From: Desulfobacterales bacterium
GTDB taxonomy: Bacteria; Desulfobacterota; Desulfobacteria; Desulfobacterales; JAAELO01
NCBI GenBank assembly: GCA_024226555.1
Contig: JAAELO010000822.1
Location: 62,866-126,865 of the forward strand
Length of the DNA: 64,000 nucleotides
Direction of reading: 5' to 3'
The notes under the pieces were generated by a model. The model was not told the DNA's origin, made no database searches, and saw only the letters and a program-made list of their open reading frames with translations. Both the position numbers and the translations under genes were made by a program. Position 1 is the stretch's first letter. Each line of letters begins with the position of its first letter. Shown here in pieces: positions 37,513 to 46,701 of the stretch.

Positions 37513-37605
37513 TTAACTATTAACTTATCCGAATATTAATAGTTAACTTTAAAATACATGTCAACAAAATTAATTGTCAAATGTAATGAACAGTACATTT
37601 GACAA
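37513..37605. promoter_or_regulatory. Two AT-rich inverted repeats in the lipoprotein promoter region
   Basis: TTAACTATTAA-12 nt-TTAATAGTTAA (37513-37546) and TTGTCAAATGTA-8 nt-TACATTTGACAA (37574-37605). Confidence 0.3.
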
Positions 37606-37853
37606 CAAAATACATTTTCAGAAAAGATAAAAATAATTATTTTTGTATTGAACAGTTTGGATTGCAAATGGGAGCTTTAGCGGGTTTTATTGTACTGAAA
37701 ATTATCATATGTATTTTATTTTACATAGCTGTGATCTATTTCATATGAAGTGCTATGTAATTGTGCATGAAAATGATAGCTGGTATTTGTTGTTATTTAA
37801 GTTGGTTATATTTTTTTATTTACGTTTATTTTAAAATCATTCAATTTCTTTTA

Positions 37854-40589
37854 TCATTCAATAATCATTTCCATCTCAACCTCAATCTCTTCTGCGGAAC
37901 TATCTTTTTTATTATCCAGTTGAATTTCTTTTACAGTACATTTTGATTTGTTAGTTTCTATTGTTATTTCTGAATTTGTACCGGCTATAAAAGTTCCTTC
38001 ATTAAGATGTTTTCCAACATTTACAATTGCAATTCCTGGGTTTTCCGATATCCACTTTTCAAGTTCAGCCAGCTCCTTAAGACCTTCATCAATTTTAGCT
38101 TTTAATTCCCCCAGGGGTTTACTCATTTCAGCAACTTTCACAATTGGCTTATCCTGGTCCTTTAAAATACTTTTAATCCTTTGATCCATTTTCTTTATTT
38201 TATCAACACAGGTTTTTAAAATAGCTTCCTGTGTAACTAATTTATCTTTTTGACCTGAACCCTCAAATTGTTTTATTTTAGTTCGTGACTCTTTTTCATC
38301 TTCAAGATTTTTATTTTGCTTCTTAGTTAAAGCAATAATATCATTATGGTACGCCTTAAGCTCATCATTATGGCTTTTAATATCATTCATACACTGTTCA
38401 TATTTTTCTCTGTTATCAAGATCTGCTTTTCTTAAACTCTGAATTTCTTTATCGATATGATCAATTCTACCAACAGCTAATCTGCAAGGTTTTGAGTGGT
38501 TTGTACCTATTTCATTAGCTGTAATACCCTTTCTTGCAACTATCTGACAATTAGAAATCTGTCCTCTTTCAACTGAAACTGTACCACTGGTAGATATTTT
38601 TGAATCTATCAGTTGCTTATTTACGATTACATTACCAAGAGCATTAATGGAAGCATCACTTATAAAATTAGCAATTACAGAACCTTTTGTAATGATTGTC
38701 CCTCCTATAATACCATTTTTGATAGTGACATCTCCTGTTGCTGATATAATTCCACCTTCAACATCACTCACTTCGATATTAACACCTTTTACTTTAAATC
38801 CACTCAGGATCTTACCTGGAATCTTAATATTTCCATTGAATTTGACGTGACCTGTGCTGTAATCAACATCACCCTTGATCTCATGTTGCTCGTAAATTTC
38901 TATTTTTCCTACAACAAGAGTTGGTTGTCCATTCACCTTAGCATATAATTTGAGGTTATCACTTGAAAAATAGGTCCCGGTTCCACCCCCTAATTTTTCA
39001 TCCGTAACAACTTCCACGGGAATTGCTTGCCCAAAAATATCTTTACCAGGAATTCCTTTTTTTAGGGGGAACTTTTCAGCTATCAAATCATCTTTTTTTA
39101 CCTGGGGAACTTCACCACGATCTCTGAAATCTATCATACCAAAAGAATCCACTTTACCAGCATCTAAAAACTCCTCCTGAAAATAGGTTTTAATTATAGC
39201 ATTTTTTCCAGGTATTGCTGGAGTACCTGTGGCAATCAATATTTTTTTTTCATCATATGGATCTTTATTTATTTGTTGCCTGATGGTTTTATCGTCTACT
39301 AAACCATTTTTAACCAAACCATCTATTATAAGTCTTTCAATTTGTTCATATTTAACTGTATCCTTAATATCACGCGATGGAATTTCAGGAATATGTAAGT
39401 ATGCTTTAACTCTGTCATTGGAGAAAATTAATTCAGGTTTTTTTATTATTCTAATCTCTTCTTCAATAGCATCCTTTTTCTCAACATCAGGTTTTGTTTT
39501 TTTAGGTATATCATTTTTATCAGGATTTAATTTCTTCTCAATTTTCTGTTGTTCCTCTTCAGAAATCTTCTTACTTTCAGATTTAAGTTTTTTTTCTATT
39601 TCAGCAATTTGATTGTTATTAAGAATTGATTTTTCACCTAAAATGTCATTAATTTTTTGAATTTTTTTGTTTTTGGTAAAAGACTGGAGTTGTTTTTTTA
39701 AAGCATTTTCTATATCAGCTTTTTCAAAAGTTCCATTTTGAAGAAGAGTTTGTGCAATATACTTATCTTTTTTTCGTATCTCTTTAAACAACAAAACTTT
39801 ATTGTGAAGATCTATAATATCTTTGTTAAGAAGTTTTTTCTCAACAAGGTAATCTTCAAATGTAATATTTACTCCTTGTTTTTGCAACTTCTTCATTTCA
39901 GTTAAAGAATTATCAAGTTCTTTTTTTGTTAATATCTTCTGTTTCATTGCAAATTCATATATAGATGCTGTATTGATTGAAGAAGTATCTGATTGCACTT
40001 CATTGGATTTGTCTTTACTTGAATCAACTTTACTCAGAGGTACTGCTTTATTTTCAATAAACTTTAAAACTTGTTCATAATCACTTCTTTCATTTTGAAT
40101 CTCTAAAATCGCTAAGTGTTGTCTTTTTGTTATAGCTTCATCATTAATAAGTATTTTACCTAAACTAACTATATTTCCCTTCTCTTTTTCTGCCTGTTGA
40201 AACTGTAATCCATTTTCAACATCCTTTTTCGTAACAAAATTTTTACCCTTAGCAATTTCACCATACTCTTTGTCATATTTATCTATGGATTTATATATTT
40301 CCAGGATTTTATCTGAGGAGACCCCTCCTTTATTAATAAGTATCTCTTCTATTGTTATATCAATTTCTTTAGACCTCATTCGATCTACATAAAATATTAT
40401 TTTGCTTAGTATTGGCTCCTTAATAAGTTTTTTGGAAAGAAGAATTTCTGCGATAAAAGGTAATTTATTTCTATTTTTTATTGAAACTTTGAAGGTTAGA
40501 TCGCATTTTTTGCATTTAAGTGATTTTCCTATTACATCATCATTAGCTTTATATTTTGCTATGCAATATGGACAGTAGGTAACAATCAT
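37854..40589 (-). CDS. Zinc-ribbon / T2SSE_N (MshEN)-like repeats / coiled coil / FapA (DUF342) beta-helix protein
   Basis: N-terminal CPYCIAKYKAN...LKCKKCDLTF (MJ0042-type ribbon). Repeated about 24-aa helical motifs. K/E-rich linker. The C-terminal half has the DUF342 pattern (...GTPAIPGKNA..., repetitive G-x-I/V turns GNIKIPGKILSGFKVKGVNIEVSDVEGGIISATGDVTIKNGIIGG), then a coiled coil. AAGGAG RBS. Confidence 0.8.
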   Translation of the reverse strand: MIVTYCPYCIAKYKANDDVIGKSLKCKKCDLTFKVSIKNRNKLPFIAEILLSKKLIKEPILSKIIFYVDRMRSKEIDITIEEILINKGGVSSDKILEIYKSIDKYDKEYGEIAKGKNFVTKKDVENGLQFQQAEKEKGNIVSLGKILINDEAITKRQHLAILEIQNERSDYEQVLKFIENKAVPLSKVDSSKDKSNEVQSDTSSINTASIYEFAMKQKILTKKELDNSLTEMKKLQKQGVNITFEDYLVEKKLLNKDIIDLHNKVLLFKEIRKKDKYIAQTLLQNGTFEKADIENALKKQLQSFTKNKKIQKINDILGEKSILNNNQIAEIEKKLKSESKKISEEEQQKIEKKLNPDKNDIPKKTKPDVEKKDAIEEEIRIIKKPELIFSNDRVKAYLHIPEIPSRDIKDTVKYEQIERLIIDGLVKNGLVDDKTIRQQINKDPYDEKKILIATGTPAIPGKNAIIKTYFQEEFLDAGKVDSFGMIDFRDRGEVPQVKKDDLIAEKFPLKKGIPGKDIFGQAIPVEVVTDEKLGGGTGTYFSSDNLKLYAKVNGQPTLVVGKIEIYEQHEIKGDVDYSTGHVKFNGNIKIPGKILSGFKVKGVNIEVSDVEGGIISATGDVTIKNGIIGGTIITKGSVIANFISDASINALGNVIVNKQLIDSKISTSGTVSVERGQISNCQIVARKGITANEIGTNHSKPCRLAVGRIDHIDKEIQSLRKADLDNREKYEQCMNDIKSHNDELKAYHNDIIALTKKQNKNLEDEKESRTKIKQFEGSGQKDKLVTQEAILKTCVDKIKKMDQRIKSILKDQDKPIVKVAEMSKPLGELKAKIDEGLKELAELEKWISENPGIAIVNVGKHLNEGTFIAGTNSEITIETNKSKCTVKEIQLDNKKDSSAEEIEVEMEMIIE

Positions 40590-40807
40590 CTACAGGAAAC
40601 TCCTTAAGAATAATAGAAACATTTAGTTATATTGTTATAGAATAGATCATATTAAAGTGTTTTGCAACTTAATGTACCACTCATTTAAGGCTATTAACAT
40701 AAAAAAGCATTTTTTTTTATAGATCAAATATTATCTTGTAAGTACTATAAATATATTTTATTTTATGCGAAATATTTTAGCTTCTCAAATTTAAAAGTGA
40801 GTAAATA

Positions 40808-41416
40808 ATGAAATTTGAATATTTAATCTTTATCATATTCTTAGGTTTCCAAATTACATCTGCCCAGAGTTTTAAAGTGAAATGGGTTAATGATGGTGAC
40901 ACAATAATATTAACAAATAAGAAAAAAATAAGATATATTGGAATAAATACACCTGAAGTTGATCATGGTAATATAAAATCTGAACCATTTGCACATGTTG
41001 CAAAAAAAGCAAATGTAAATATGGTTATGAAAAGTTTCATAAATTTAAAGTATGATTTTGAAAAAAAGGATAGATATGGGAGAATTCTTGCCTACGTTTT
41101 TTTAAAAGACGGGAATTTTGTAAATGCCGAATTAATAAAAAAGGGTTTGGCTCACTGTCTTACAATAAAACCAAATATTAAATACAAAGAATTGTTTTTA
41201 AGACTTCAAAGGACAGCAATGGATAAAAAAATTGGAATTTGGAGAGATTTCAAAAACATAAAGAACAGATACATTGGAAATAAAAATTCTTTTAGGTTTC
41301 ATAAGGCAACTTGCAAAAATGGAAATAAAACAAGTCTAAGAAATATAATTAATTTTTCATCAAGATTTGAGTCTTTCTATGAAGGTTATGCCCCTTGTAA
41401 AAAATGTAATCCCTAA
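40808..41416 (+). CDS. Secreted thermonuclease (SNase-like) with C-terminal Ada-type zinc-binding motif
   Basis: Signal peptide; VNDGDTIIL...IRYIGINTPE...DRYGRILAYVF; C-terminal FHKATCKNG...GYAPCKKCNP. Confidence 0.85.
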   Translation: MKFEYLIFIIFLGFQITSAQSFKVKWVNDGDTIILTNKKKIRYIGINTPEVDHGNIKSEPFAHVAKKANVNMVMKSFINLKYDFEKKDRYGRILAYVFLKDGNFVNAELIKKGLAHCLTIKPNIKYKELFLRLQRTAMDKKIGIWRDFKNIKNRYIGNKNSFRFHKATCKNGNKTSLRNIINFSSRFESFYEGYAPCKKCNP

Positions 41417-41455
41417 ATAATATTTATTATTAAGATAAAACCTAAATACACTATA

Positions 41456-41584
41456 GGGAACCTCTAATAATTAAAATTTTGGATGAAATACAAGGTATTT
41501 CTAAAAATAATGAGCCGACTTTATTACAGTTTTTTTTAGAAATAACAAAGTATTTCGGCAAAAGAGGAGTTATTAGAGGTTCCC
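41456..41584 (+). mobile_element. MITE copy, intact short type (129 bp)
   Basis: TIRs GGGAACCTCTAATAATTA / GAGTTATTAGAGGTTCCC. TATA direct repeats at 41452-41455 and 41585-41588. Confidence 0.9.
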
Positions 41585-41792
41585 TATAACCATAAGTATC
41601 AATAATATTGAGATATCTTCCAAAAAATTTTCGAAAAAAAAATTAATAATTGTTAATTTTCTACATATTTTTCCTTTTTATCCGATTTAAAGAATGTTAT
41701 GAATTTTTAATCGTTAATTTAATAAATTATAAGATTTATACTAATGCAGATTGAGATTTTTTAATAATTATCTCCAAATTACAGGGGAAATA

Positions 41793-44700
41793 ATGAGTCT
41801 AAAGATCAAATTTTTCATACCTGTTTTTTTGCTTATTTCACTGGTGATGGCAATCACTATTATCTTTTCTCATAACGGTACTAAACATACAATAGAATCA
41901 CTTTTGTATAAACAGATTGAACTACAGGCTGATACTACTGAAACCTTAGTCTCCTCCTGGATAAAAAGAAACAGAGTCGATATTGAAATCATGGCAAGAA
42001 AAAGTGAGATCAAAGCTCTTTTCGATAAGAAAATATCTAAAAAACAATATAAAATAGTTCTGGAAAATCTTAATAGTGTTGTAAGAGCTCACAACACATA
42101 TGAACTCATTGGTATTTTTGATACTAAAGGTGATCAGGTATTAACAACTATGAAAAATTCTGCCTCTGTTAATACTTTTGACAGAGCTTATTTCAAGAAA
42201 ACACTAACCGGGTATACTGTGGTATCAGATATAATTTACAGCAAATACACAAAAAATCCTGTGTTTGTAATATCAGCACCTATATATTCAAATAATGAAA
42301 TAAAAGGGACCTTAATTGGTGTTATTAAAATTGCCAATTTTATAAAAACTTTTATTGATAAAGTGAAAATTGGAAAACTTGGTAAATCTTATATTTTCGA
42401 TAGTAATGGCTTGACTCTGTCATTTAAAGACAAATCAAAACTTATTGATATAAATAATCCTGAAACCGGATTTTCAGGAATAATGAAAAATCATAGTTTT
42501 GGTGTTTTTAAGTGTAAGCACAATAACGATGGTAAAATTGTAGTCCTGAAAAAAGTAAGTGATCTTGGTTGGATAATTGCTATCTCTGCTGTGGAAAGTG
42601 ATTTTTTTAAAGCTTTAAATCACCACAGGGAGTTTATTATAGTTCTCTCTTTTTGGATGGCAGTTATTCTTGGTGCTGGTATTTGGTTCATGATTTTAAG
42701 ATTTGTGATTAAACCAATCGGAACAATCGTAACACATATTAGAGGAATTGATGTTGATAAGGACACTCTTAAAAAAGAAATTCCTGTTAAATCAAACGAT
42801 GAAGTTGGTGAGCTTACAAAAACTTTAAATCATATGGCACTGAAACTAAACCAGAGCATGTTTAATCTGAAAAACGAAGTTCAGGAAAAAAAACTTGCAG
42901 AAGAAGCACTGATGGCAGAAAGAGATAACTCCTCAAATATTATATATAACTCTCCTAATATTATTTGCGAAATCGCTCCCGATGGTTCAACCATATTCAT
43001 TAATCCAACAGGTTTAAGGTTAACAGGTTATAGTAAGAAAGAGATATTAGGAAGAAACTGGTGGCAAATATTAGGTTCCAAAAATGAAGTAAAGAAATTT
43101 GAAAATCTCTTAAAACTTCTTGAGAAACAAAATATTAATGATTACGAAATGGCTATAACATCCAGGAATGGATCTATTCACACACTCTCATGGACATACA
43201 TCAAGAAATTTAATGAAGCCGGAGAATTTACTAGTACAATTGGAATTGGTAATGATATTTCCAGAAGAAAAATTGTAGAAAAACAGCTTAAAAAAGCTCA
43301 TAGTGAAATGGAAAAAAGAGTTCATGAGCGTACAAGAGAACTTGTACTGGCAAATGAGGCTGCATCAGAATCAGCAAATGCAAAAAGTGAGTTCCTTGCA
43401 AATATGAGCCATGAGATCAGAACACCGATGAATGCAATTATTGGTATGTGTGATCTTGTTTTAGATACAAACCTTTCGAAAAAACAGAACAATTTTATTA
43501 AAATTATCAGATCTTCATCCAGATCCCTTCTTGAACTGATTAACGATATTTTAGATTTCTCAAAAATTGATGCAGGAAAACTTGTTTTTGAAAATTTAAA
43601 ATTTAATCTAAGAGATATTATCGAAGAAGTTACTGATATGTATCTTGATAAAAGCCTTGAGAAAGATATTGAACTAATAGTTGATATAGATCCGGATGTG
43701 CCCAGAGAGGTTACAACTGATCCCCTGAGACTTAGGCAAATTCTTGTAAATTTGATTACCAATGCATTTAAATTTACATCGGAGGGAGAAATTTGTATTT
43801 CCGTCAGGAAGAATTTTGTTAAAGACAATAATGCTGAAATTGAGTTTTGTGTTCGTGACACTGGTATTGGTATTAAAGAGGAACTTTCTAATAAACTTTT
43901 TGATGTTTTTGCACAAGCAGATGGTTCAACTACAAGAGAATACGGTGGCACTGGTTTAGGTCTTGCTATATGCAAGAAGATTGTTGATCAGATGGATGGT
44001 AAAATATGGATATTAAGTGAATTTGGTGTTGGAAGTTCCTTCTATTTTACAGTAAACCTTGAAGTTGTGAATAGTATAAGAGTTAATAAAAATAAGGCAC
44101 CTCACGAACTAGAGAAATTGAAAGTTTTAATAGTGGAAGATAATCCTTCGACAATGTTAGTCTTAAAAAGGTTTATTGAATCTTTTGGTTTCAAGGCAGC
44201 AATGGCCACTAATGGTGAAAATGCTATTGAGATGTTTAAAAAATCACCGGATGGTGAATATGGCCTTATTCTTATGGATGTTAAACTACCAGGAATTGAT
44301 GGTATTTCAACCTCAAAAATAATAAAACGTACAAACAGAGAAATAATACCTCCAATTATCGCTATAAGTAACTTAGGTAATAATATAGAAAATGCTAAAC
44401 AGGTTGGTATCGACAGTTATATGATTAAACCAATTAAACAATCACTGCTATTTGACACAATTATGCAGAATTTAGGTTATCCCACGAACTCGGTTCCTAA
44501 AAAGAAACCTGATCTGTTCTCATCGGGTGAATTTAATAATACAAAGATTTTACTGGTTGAAGACAATGCAATCAACCAAATGGTAGCATGTGAAATACTT
44601 CTTTCAGCTGGAATATCTGTGGACAAAGCTGCAACCGGGCTTCAGGCCATTGAAATGGTTCAGGAGCACAGAGATTATAATGCAATACTTATGGATATTC

Positions 44701-45551
44701 AAATGCCAGAGATGGATGGTATTGAAGCTACCAAAATTATAAAAAAGAAAATGAATATAAAAAATATTCCCATAATTGCTATGACAGCTCATGCAATGTA
44801 CGGAGACAAGGAAAGGTGCTTTGAGGCAGGGATGGACGATTATGTTCCGAAGCCAATAGATCAGAAAGAGTTGTTTAAAGCTTTGCGAAAAAATATTTTC
44901 AAATTTGAAGTAGAATATGAAATTGAAAATGAAACAGAAGATCATGAACAAAATAAGTTACCCGGACTTAATGTAAAAGAGGGTGTTTTAAGGTTAGGTG
45001 GAAATCAGGAAATTTATAGTGAAATAGTTAATGAATTTTGTAAGACATTTAACAATTTTGCAAAAGATTTTGAATCTTTTTTATCCAAAGAGTCGTATAG
45101 TGATGCCAAAATGCAGGCACATTCATTAAAAGGAGCGGCTGGTAATATATCTGCTGATGGACTATATTATACAGCAAAATTACTTGAAAAAGCATGCATG
45201 AAAGAGGATAAAGATCATCTTTTTAATATTTTACCTGAGATAGAAGAACATATAAATGAAATTAAAAGTTCAAGTAAACTTATTAAAACAAATAAAAAAA
45301 ATGGATCTCTGAAAAGTGAAAAAATTGAAATTTTTGATATTGTTAAGAATTTGTCCAAAAGCCTTGATGATTCAGATCCGATTGAATCAGAGGTTTATCT
45401 AAATAAATTTAAAACATATGTTTTACATAATATATATGATACTAATTTACTTCTAATAGAAAAGAAACTTGTTTCATCTGTAACAAATTATGATTATGAT
45501 AGTGCTAAAAATCATTTGAATAATTTTTCAAAAGTCCTAAAGAGTTCCTGA
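41793..45551 (+). CDS. Hybrid sensor histidine kinase (Cache-like periplasmic domain, HAMP, PAS, HisKA, HATPase, two receivers, Hpt)
   Basis: Start moved to the ATG at 41793 (AGGGGAAATA RBS; the track starts at an upstream TTG). FLANMSHEIRTPMNAI; GGTGLGLAICKKIVDQMDG; VLIVEDN...LMDVKLPGIDG; ILLVEDN...LMDIQMPEMDG; Hpt HSLKGAAGNI. Confidence 0.9.
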   Translation: MSLKIKFFIPVFLLISLVMAITIIFSHNGTKHTIESLLYKQIELQADTTETLVSSWIKRNRVDIEIMARKSEIKALFDKKISKKQYKIVLENLNSVVRAHNTYELIGIFDTKGDQVLTTMKNSASVNTFDRAYFKKTLTGYTVVSDIIYSKYTKNPVFVISAPIYSNNEIKGTLIGVIKIANFIKTFIDKVKIGKLGKSYIFDSNGLTLSFKDKSKLIDINNPETGFSGIMKNHSFGVFKCKHNNDGKIVVLKKVSDLGWIIAISAVESDFFKALNHHREFIIVLSFWMAVILGAGIWFMILRFVIKPIGTIVTHIRGIDVDKDTLKKEIPVKSNDEVGELTKTLNHMALKLNQSMFNLKNEVQEKKLAEEALMAERDNSSNIIYNSPNIICEIAPDGSTIFINPTGLRLTGYSKKEILGRNWWQILGSKNEVKKFENLLKLLEKQNINDYEMAITSRNGSIHTLSWTYIKKFNEAGEFTSTIGIGNDISRRKIVEKQLKKAHSEMEKRVHERTRELVLANEAASESANAKSEFLANMSHEIRTPMNAIIGMCDLVLDTNLSKKQNNFIKIIRSSSRSLLELINDILDFSKIDAGKLVFENLKFNLRDIIEEVTDMYLDKSLEKDIELIVDIDPDVPREVTTDPLRLRQILVNLITNAFKFTSEGEICISVRKNFVKDNNAEIEFCVRDTGIGIKEELSNKLFDVFAQADGSTTREYGGTGLGLAICKKIVDQMDGKIWILSEFGVGSSFYFTVNLEVVNSIRVNKNKAPHELEKLKVLIVEDNPSTMLVLKRFIESFGFKAAMATNGENAIEMFKKSPDGEYGLILMDVKLPGIDGISTSKIIKRTNREIIPPIIAISNLGNNIENAKQVGIDSYMIKPIKQSLLFDTIMQNLGYPTNSVPKKKPDLFSSGEFNNTKILLVEDNAINQMVACEILLSAGISVDKAATGLQAIEMVQEHRDYNAILMDIQMPEMDGIEATKIIKKKMNIKNIPIIAMTAHAMYGDKERCFEAGMDDYVPKPIDQKELFKALRKNIFKFEVEYEIENETEDHEQNKLPGLNVKEGVLRLGGNQEIYSEIVNEFCKTFNNFAKDFESFLSKESYSDAKMQAHSLKGAAGNISADGLYYTAKLLEKACMKEDKDHLFNILPEIEEHINEIKSSSKLIKTNKKNGSLKSEKIEIFDIVKNLSKSLDDSDPIESEVYLNKFKTYVLHNIYDTNLLLIEKKLVSSVTNYDYDSAKNHLNNFSKVLKSS

Positions 45552-45556
45552 TTTAT

Positions 45557-46141
45557 ATGAATAAAACCTTCAAACAGAAATCAAAAACATTTGTTTTAAG
45601 ATGTTACTGGGATCTCTGGAATAGTGAAAAATCAGCAAATGCATACAAATCATTGTTTGAAATGGGTTTTACAGATCAAACAATGCAGGATTTTGCAATC
45701 GGATGGAATTCAAAAAATGTTCGTAAACCCTATAGTTCTTTTGGGCTATCAGGTGGAAAATTTGAAATTCCAAAGGGTATAGTTTTTCCCTATTTAATTG
45801 ATAAAGAAGTGCATGGTTTCAAAATATTCTCATTGTCTTTTGATGAAATCTTTAAAATGCTCCATGGTTCATACCTTCCTATTATTTTTGATACAGGGAA
45901 AAGCATTACTGTTATTGTACAAAATGAGATAACAGGTATTTTAATATCCCAGGTATTCAAAAACAAAGTTAATGTTATTATTACAGGTCTTGAGATAAAT
46001 GATAAAATTGAAGGTCTGATTAAAAGATCTGATTCAATAATAGTAGAGAATATTCATACAGACCTGATTCCACGGGATAAAACGAATTTTTATATATATA
46101 ATAGTTTTGAAAGTCTGGTAGAATTGCTGAAATCTTTTTAA
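45557..46141 (+). CDS. Hypothetical protein (weak DnaG-linker/Toprim-like resemblance)
   Basis: Starts 5 nt after the kinase stop. ...AYKSLFEMGFTDQTMQDFAIGWN...PKGIVFPYLIDKEVHGFKIF... then ...ITVIVQNEITGILISQ...VNVIITG. The resemblance is weak and unverified. Confidence 0.4.
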   Translation: MNKTFKQKSKTFVLRCYWDLWNSEKSANAYKSLFEMGFTDQTMQDFAIGWNSKNVRKPYSSFGLSGGKFEIPKGIVFPYLIDKEVHGFKIFSLSFDEIFKMLHGSYLPIIFDTGKSITVIVQNEITGILISQVFKNKVNVIITGLEINDKIEGLIKRSDSIIVENIHTDLIPRDKTNFYIYNSFESLVELLKSF

Positions 46142-46283
46142 ATCAAATGTTTTGCTGAAAAAAAAGGATTAAAAGTTATCACAGTTACCATCGTTTACAA
46201 CATTGCAATTATTTTAAATATTAATCATTATTGTTTTTAGATGAAATAACTCAAATTCAATTTTCTATTCTCTTAAAAACGGT

Positions 46284-46298
46284 TTATTTAAGGTTCCC
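46284..46298. repeat. Possible solo right-TIR fragment
   Basis: TTATTTAAGGTTCCC. Confidence 0.25.
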
Positions 46299-46407
46299 TT
46301 GAGCTACCATAATTCAATTATAATTACCTCCATTCATCAATGTGATTGAACAGTGTTTTCCCAATAAGAAAAAAAGAGGAAAAACCTTCTTGACAAAGAT
46401 CAAAAAA

Positions 46408-46436
46408 TTGAGATAACGTTAACGTCAACTTATAAA
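46408..46436 (+). promoter_or_regulatory. Candidate sigma70 promoter with a palindromic operator in the spacer
   Basis: TTGAGA (46408-46413), 17-nt spacer, TATAAA (46431-46436). The spacer contains the perfect palindrome ACGTTAACGT (46416-46425). About 265 nt upstream of the acyl-CoA synthetase ATG. Confidence 0.4.
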
Positions 46437-46701
46437 TATATTTTTTCAGATTAAATTTTTAATGTTTTTTATATAAATAATATCAGGGACTTGAATTAAT
46501 TCATCTTCCTATATTTGGCTGATTGTCCATTGTTTTTGTTTGATCAAATAGCGACTGAGCGCTCGGTTGCTAATTTAATAAACTGGAGTTATCAGTGCTT
46601 TTTGCTGATTTTGTAATAAATTATTTTTGCTTTTCAAAAATTATTATTAACCAGGTTCAAGACATTTAGTATTGAACTCATCTCATTAAAGCGGAGGGGT
46701 A

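Noticed and set aside
40594-40615. TIR-like AGGAAACTCCTTAAGAATAATA next to the FapA-like start codon
   Set aside because: On the coding strand this is simply the AAGGAG ribosome-binding site region. The similarity to the MITE end is short and partial.
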